Virus record (IMG/VR): IMGVR_UViG_3300045988_023147
Length of the DNA: 45,305 bases
Source of the DNA: a virus
Reading direction: 5' to 3' (one strand)
Positions 42,247 to 45,305 of this stretch are shown here, piece by piece; positions within the stretch are counted from its first letter, which is position 1; the number at the start of each line of letters is the position of its first letter. Position numbers and translations under genes: made by a program. The notes beneath the pieces were generated by a model. That model made no database searches. It was given only the letters and a program-made list of their open reading frames with translations, and was not told where the DNA came from.

Positions 42247-42879
42247 TCACTGGAATAACTGGATGTTCTGGGCAATTGCAGCCTGTCTTTCGGACGGGTC
42301 TTTAATTGCTTCAATTTCCTTTCTGGTCATGGTTCCCGGTGTCTGTTGCTGTCCAACATGTGTGGTAAATCTTGCCTGATTTTGCTGAGCCTGCTGCTGG
42401 GAATCATCTACAAAAGCAGAAGCATCAGACTGTTTCATCTGTTCAATCAGGTCATTCAGTCCAAGGATTTTACCGTCTTTCAGCTTCAATCCTGCTTCCT
42501 TGATATCTGCCATTACGGATTTCTTTGCCGCTTCACTGGAAAACTTAACATCTTCGAGTGCTGCTTTGAGTGCATCTAAAAAATCACGATCGTAGATTTT
42601 TGCATTGTACTCTTTTTCAGCATCTTCCGCTTTCTGCTTCCAGGTTTCTAACTCAGTTTTTACATTTGCCGGGTCGATACCATCAAAGCCCTTTAATGTC
42701 TCCTCTGCTGTCTCAGCACGTTCTTTCCAGTTGTCGCGCTCTCCCTCGACTTTTGACAGAGTTTTTTCAACTTCTTTTGCATTCTTATAATGCTCGGAGA
42801 GTGCTTTCTTCACATCTGCCTTTTTGTCTTCCGGAATTTCGATTCCAAATGATTTTAATGTGTCAATAAGTTTCTGCAT
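42247..42879 (-). CDS. Scaffolding protein (Phage_GP20-like)
   Basis: ATG 42879 with AGGAGGA RBS. Helical, K/E-rich. Directly upstream of the capsid gene. The N-terminal part of the track ORF overlaps the tRNA flank. Confidence 0.7.
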   Translation of the reverse strand: MQKLIDTLKSFGIEIPEDKKADVKKALSEHYKNAKEVEKTLSKVEGERDNWKERAETAEETLKGFDGIDPANVKTELETWKQKAEDAEKEYNAKIYDRDFLDALKAALEDVKFSSEAAKKSVMADIKEAGLKLKDGKILGLNDLIEQMKQSDASAFVDDSQQQAQQNQARFTTHVGQQQTPGTMTRKEIEAIKDPSERQAAIAQNIQLFQ

Positions 42880-42957
42880 ATATATCCTCCTGGTCGTGTT
42901 TATTGACCTGCCGCCGCAGGTAAATGGATTAAGCCAGTTAGACCACTGGCAAGGTAA

Positions 42958-43031
42958 TTGGAAAGGCAGGACTCGAACCTGCGGCGTCAAGGACTATGCG
43001 TCCTCCGCTCTTCCAACTGAGCTACATTCCA
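42958..43031 (-). tRNA. Phage tRNA with CAU at the anticodon position but a non-canonical anticodon loop (CGCAUAG, G at position 33) and a 6-nt variable region
   Basis: Hand-folded cloverleaf: acceptor TGGAATG/CTTTCCA (one T-T mismatch), D arm GCTC-AGTTGGAA-GAGC, anticodon stem GAGGA/TCCTT, T arm GCAGG-TTCGAGT-CCTGC. U8, A14, G18G19 and T54T55C56 present. No encoded CCA. Confidence 0.7.
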
Positions 43032-43309
43032 TTAACCCGGATTCCCGGGTTAGCAAGGTATTTATCGTGTTATGCCTGCCACTATCCGACTTTCGCGGAA
43101 ATTTTGTTTAATTTACGAGGAGGTGTTACCACCAGTCACGATGGTAAATGAATGTGCCGGAAATTGCATCCGCTTTTCAACCTCCAGATTCCGCTCGAAT
43201 CTGTTTCTATTAAGGGCACATCCACAAAAAAGAAAGGAGGACATGAAATGTAAAAGAAAGCAAAAACTTTTAATCAGCAGTCCCTACAAGGTTCACCACG
43301 CCTTGCAAG
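43032..43309 (-). other. ORF-free structured leader between late promoter 2 and the tRNA
   Basis: No credible ORF on either strand. Hairpins at 43033-43052 (8 bp, abutting the tRNA 5' end) and 43189-43207 (CAGATT/AATCTG). Long-range GGAGGT/ACCTCC pairing at 43119-43124/43180-43185. Confidence 0.4.
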
Positions 43310-43351
43310 ATTATAATATCACATTCTTTTAAAAAAGTTGTCCCCACATTT
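43310..43351 (-). promoter_or_regulatory. Late promoter 2: conserved box AAATGTGGGGACAA, 22-nt spacer, TATAAT
   Basis: Box at 43338-43351 and -10 at 43310-43315 (minus sense). Identical box and spacing at 6797-6838. Confidence 0.55.
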
Positions 43352-43358
43352 GCAAGAA

Positions 43359-43922
43359 TCAAAGCATATTTCTCAGTTTTTCAACGTATCTTTTAACAAG
43401 ATCACGTTCCTCCCGGCACTCTGCATCCTTAGACATATCACTCATTTCTGTGGTAAGCTCATCCAGGTGTTCTTCCAGTGCTGCAAGCATTTTTCTTTTG
43501 CACTCTTCAGATTTACCGGAGCGATAACTCTGCTTCTGCGTCATGTAGTCGTTATATGTGTCTCTTCCATCAGATCGAATGTAGCTTCCTCTTGCGGATC
43601 CATAGTTATGATTTCCATCATCGTAAGAGCTGCCACGATCATAATCCGGGTACATCATCCTTCCATCACCACGACTGTATCTCCCCATGCTATCGCGTTT
43701 TCTTCCGCGTTCGCTGTAATCATCATTGTATCCGCCTCGCATCTCATCAAGGACAGCGTTGTAATACTCCACCTTTTTATCCCAGTACTGGGTATTCTTG
43801 ATATCTTTGTACATATCAATGAGCTTATAAGTCATTTCCAGATTTCCGGTGGTCAGCCCGCTGTCTGCGATTTTTGAAAGCTCGTCCTCTATTCTTGTGC
43901 ATAAATCCTTAATATCTCTCAT
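43359..43922 (-). CDS. Protein with helical ends and a central R/D/Y/G/S-rich low-complexity region (187 aa)
   Basis: AGGAGG RBS. Centre GGYNDDYSERGRKRDSMGRYSRGDGRMMYPDYDRGSSYDDGNHNYGSARGSYIRSDGRDTYNDY. Confidence 0.65.
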   Translation of the reverse strand: MRDIKDLCTRIEDELSKIADSGLTTGNLEMTYKLIDMYKDIKNTQYWDKKVEYYNAVLDEMRGGYNDDYSERGRKRDSMGRYSRGDGRMMYPDYDRGSSYDDGNHNYGSARGSYIRSDGRDTYNDYMTQKQSYRSGKSEECKRKMLAALEEHLDELTTEMSDMSKDAECREERDLVKRYVEKLRNML

Positions 43923-43933
43923 AACTGCACCTC

Positions 43934-44356
43934 CTACGCTTCTCTAGTCACGACAATATTTGCGTTCGCAACAGAAACAGCCTGTTCGCTTGTGTTTTCT
44001 ACTGCGATATTAACACAACATCCACGAGGTACATCAATATAGATGCCAGAGGACACATTGTTGTACTGGTCTACTGCTGCCGGCGTGGAAATCATCTGAG
44101 AAGAAAGAACCGGTTCGCCAGAGATTGCAATAGCCAGAGAAATAGCTCCGACAGTACCGCCTGTTGGAATTGCGATATTGCCAGAAAAATCCACAAAGAA
44201 TCTCGCTTTGCACTGGTTAGTCAGTCCTCTCAGAGTGATGATTCCGCTTCCTTCTCTGTGCTGAATGCAGTTAGAACCTTTAACTGCTGTGTTTGAAAAT
44301 ACTACGTTTCCATTTGCTGCTACAGTCTGAGCAGCTACATTTGTAAATTCTGCCAT
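43934..44356 (-). CDS. Beta-rich 140-aa protein, C1q/TNF-like (BclA-CTD / ExsFA / DUF3992-like) by pattern
   Basis: GAAAGGAG RBS. Alternating hydrophobic beta pattern (NVVFSNTAV..., GIITLRGL..., RFFVDFSGNIAI, ISLAIAISGEPV, SSGIYIDVPRGCCVNIAV, ANANIVV) recalls spore-surface jellyroll domains. Confidence 0.6.
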   Translation of the reverse strand: MAEFTNVAAQTVAANGNVVFSNTAVKGSNCIQHREGSGIITLRGLTNQCKARFFVDFSGNIAIPTGGTVGAISLAIAISGEPVLSSQMISTPAAVDQYNNVSSGIYIDVPRGCCVNIAVENTSEQAVSVANANIVVTREA

Positions 44357-44376
44357 AAAAATACTCCTTTCATATC

Positions 44377-44402
44377 ACAAAAGGACAGGTCTCAGCCTGC
44401 CC
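44377..44402 (-). terminator. Weak intrinsic terminator between the 258-aa and 140-aa genes
   Basis: Minus-sense GGGCAGG/CCTGTCC stem (G-U only in the minus sense) followed by UUUU. Confidence 0.4.
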
Positions 44403-44466
44403 CTCTGTGTAATACGGCATAAGCCGACATTCGAATCAATCGAAAGATACTCTCGATATGAAGTTA

Positions 44467-45243
44467 TCAGCAATTGCATCCGGTGTTGCATCCGCATCCG
44501 TAATATGTGTTCGGGTTTGGAACCTGATATGCCGGGATTGGTGCCGGATTGAGCGTATTGGTTAACCGCTGTATCTGTGCGGACAGCTCAGCTGTAATCA
44601 GTGCACTCTGGCGATCCTGAGAAGCGGCGCGTCTAAGGTCATTGTTTTCAGCTTGCAAGCTAGAAATCTTTTCATTGCAAAGATAATCTAAGATAGCCCT
44701 CATGTTTGTATTCTGGTTATCAATGATATCTCTTGTGTTGCTGTTTATGGTGTTCTGCAATGCACAGGTATTCTGTGCCATGTTGTAGTTTACACCCTGG
44801 ATTGCTTCCCTGGTTTCACAGCAGCAGTTTGCGAGCTGTGCCTGGAGCGCATTTGTATTCTGCATATTGGCTACAGTGTCAGCATTGATTGCCTGCTGGA
44901 TTCCAAAGCCAGTCTGCATGATGTTGGTGTTAATTCCGTTGAATCCGGTAAGCATACCGTTGTTCACTGCATAGAATCCATCACAGAGGCCGTTATTGAT
45001 TCCGTCAAGCTTGCTGATTACTGCGGAGTTATCGAATCCTCTCTGAATGTCTGCCTGAGTAGCTGCCGTGGCTGTATATCCACCACCGTTGCCATTATTG
45101 CCCCAGCCGTTGTTTCCCCATCCGAAAAATACGAGCAAGAAAAGTACGATAAGCGGCAATATGGCATCTCCGCCAAACATTCCATCATTTCTGTTGTTCC
45201 CGGTTAAAAGAGCAACGTCTGATGCTGTTAAATTTCCATCCAT
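44467..45243 (-). CDS. Membrane-anchored N/Q/G-rich, Cys-rich protein (258 aa)
   Basis: AAAGGAG RBS lies in the junction repeat. TM ILPLIVLFLLVFFGW, GNNGWGNNGNGGG linker, N/Q-rich helical region with LANCCCETREA, C-terminal YYGCGCNTGCNC. Confidence 0.7.
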   Translation of the reverse strand: MDGNLTASDVALLTGNNRNDGMFGGDAILPLIVLFLLVFFGWGNNGWGNNGNGGGYTATAATQADIQRGFDNSAVISKLDGINNGLCDGFYAVNNGMLTGFNGINTNIMQTGFGIQQAINADTVANMQNTNALQAQLANCCCETREAIQGVNYNMAQNTCALQNTINSNTRDIIDNQNTNMRAILDYLCNEKISSLQAENNDLRRAASQDRQSALITAELSAQIQRLTNTLNPAPIPAYQVPNPNTYYGCGCNTGCNC

Positions 45244-45250
45244 AGTTATA

Positions 45251-45305
45251 ATCTCCTTTTTGTGTATTTACATCAATCTGGCCAGATTGTAATGTACTAT
45301 TTCAT
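45251..45305. repeat. Terminal direct repeat, right copy (identical to 1-55)
   Basis: Exact 55/55 identity with the left end. Confidence 0.97.

Larger units (their letters stand above)
1..45305. mobile_element. Complete temperate tailed-phage (siphovirus-type) genome, circularly closed contig; unit length 45,250 bp
   Basis: Identical 55-bp ends. Complete replication, packaging, head, tail, lysis and lysogeny (integrase, repressor, attP) modules. Compact, translationally coupled ORFs. Confidence 0.9.

Noticed and set aside
43070-43300. Hammerhead-type ribozyme (CGAAAGUC present; CUGAUUA instead of CUGAUGA)
   Set aside because: The conserved CUGANGA core is not intact (U at the essential G position), and the stems do not assemble around the motifs.
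43072-43332. 86-aa plus-strand ORF, and an internal 29-aa ORF after AAAGGAGG, in the non-coding region upstream of the tRNA
   Set aside because: It is on the opposite strand to the whole late operon. The SD-to-ATG spacing is wrong (2 nt or 19 nt) and the peptide looks random. The region is treated as non-coding RNA or leader.
1-45305. CRISPR array, diversity-generating retroelement, retron, transposase/IS, group I/II intron, intein, or stop-codon reassignment
   Set aside because: There are no spaced direct-repeat arrays, no reverse transcriptase or transposase-like ORF, and no split conserved genes. terL, portal, TMP and capsid are intact in the standard code, and the long genes have no in-frame stop pattern.

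Overview
The window is a complete, circularly closed genome of a temperate siphovirus-type tailed phage. The unit length is about 45,250 bp, and the last 55 bp repeat the first 55 bp. Gene content points to a low-GC Gram-positive, Clostridia-like host. About 39 kb of early and late genes run on the minus strand. Early genes: SF3 primase-helicase, CHC2 zinc-finger protein, ERCC4-like nuclease, DUF669-like protein, Sak4-like ATPase, YopX, MazG and many small ORFs. Late genes: terS, terL, portal, head morphogenesis, scaffold, HK97-type capsid, connectors, major tail, chaperones, tape measure, tail tip and fibres, and a CHAP-SH3 endolysin. A ~6 kb lysogeny/moron island at 19.5-25.4 kb is mostly plus strand. 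It holds an XRE repressor with divergent promoters and operators, tiny ORFs in alternating orientation, a Zn-ribbon/DUF4352-like/4-TM operon, a tyrosine integrase, and attP with five arm-type repeats. An iteron origin lies at 13.17-13.36 kb. Six items stand out as non-standard. (1) An AbrB-like gene plus a second Xer-type tyrosine recombinase sit where the holin should be, with their own consensus promoter and a built-in antisense promoter-terminator unit. (2) A five-gene low-complexity cassette is inserted in the head module across the circular junction; it encodes Q/N-rich proteins, a Cys-rich membrane-anchored protein, a C1q-like beta protein, and a protein with an R/D/Y/G-rich central region. 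(3) Two late promoters share a 14-nt box at an identical 22-nt distance from the -10, and one of them is embedded inside an intrinsic terminator. (4) A tRNA with an aberrant anticodon loop follows a 327-bp ORF-free structured region. (5) A holin-like gene lies 13 kb from the endolysin, grouped with Zn-ribbon, basic and DUF4417-like genes inside the connector module. (6) A near-consensus plus-strand promoter antisense to the early operon shares 16 nt across its -10 and +1 with the recombinase antisense promoter. All family names come from motif recognition by eye. No database search, folding or statistics could be run.
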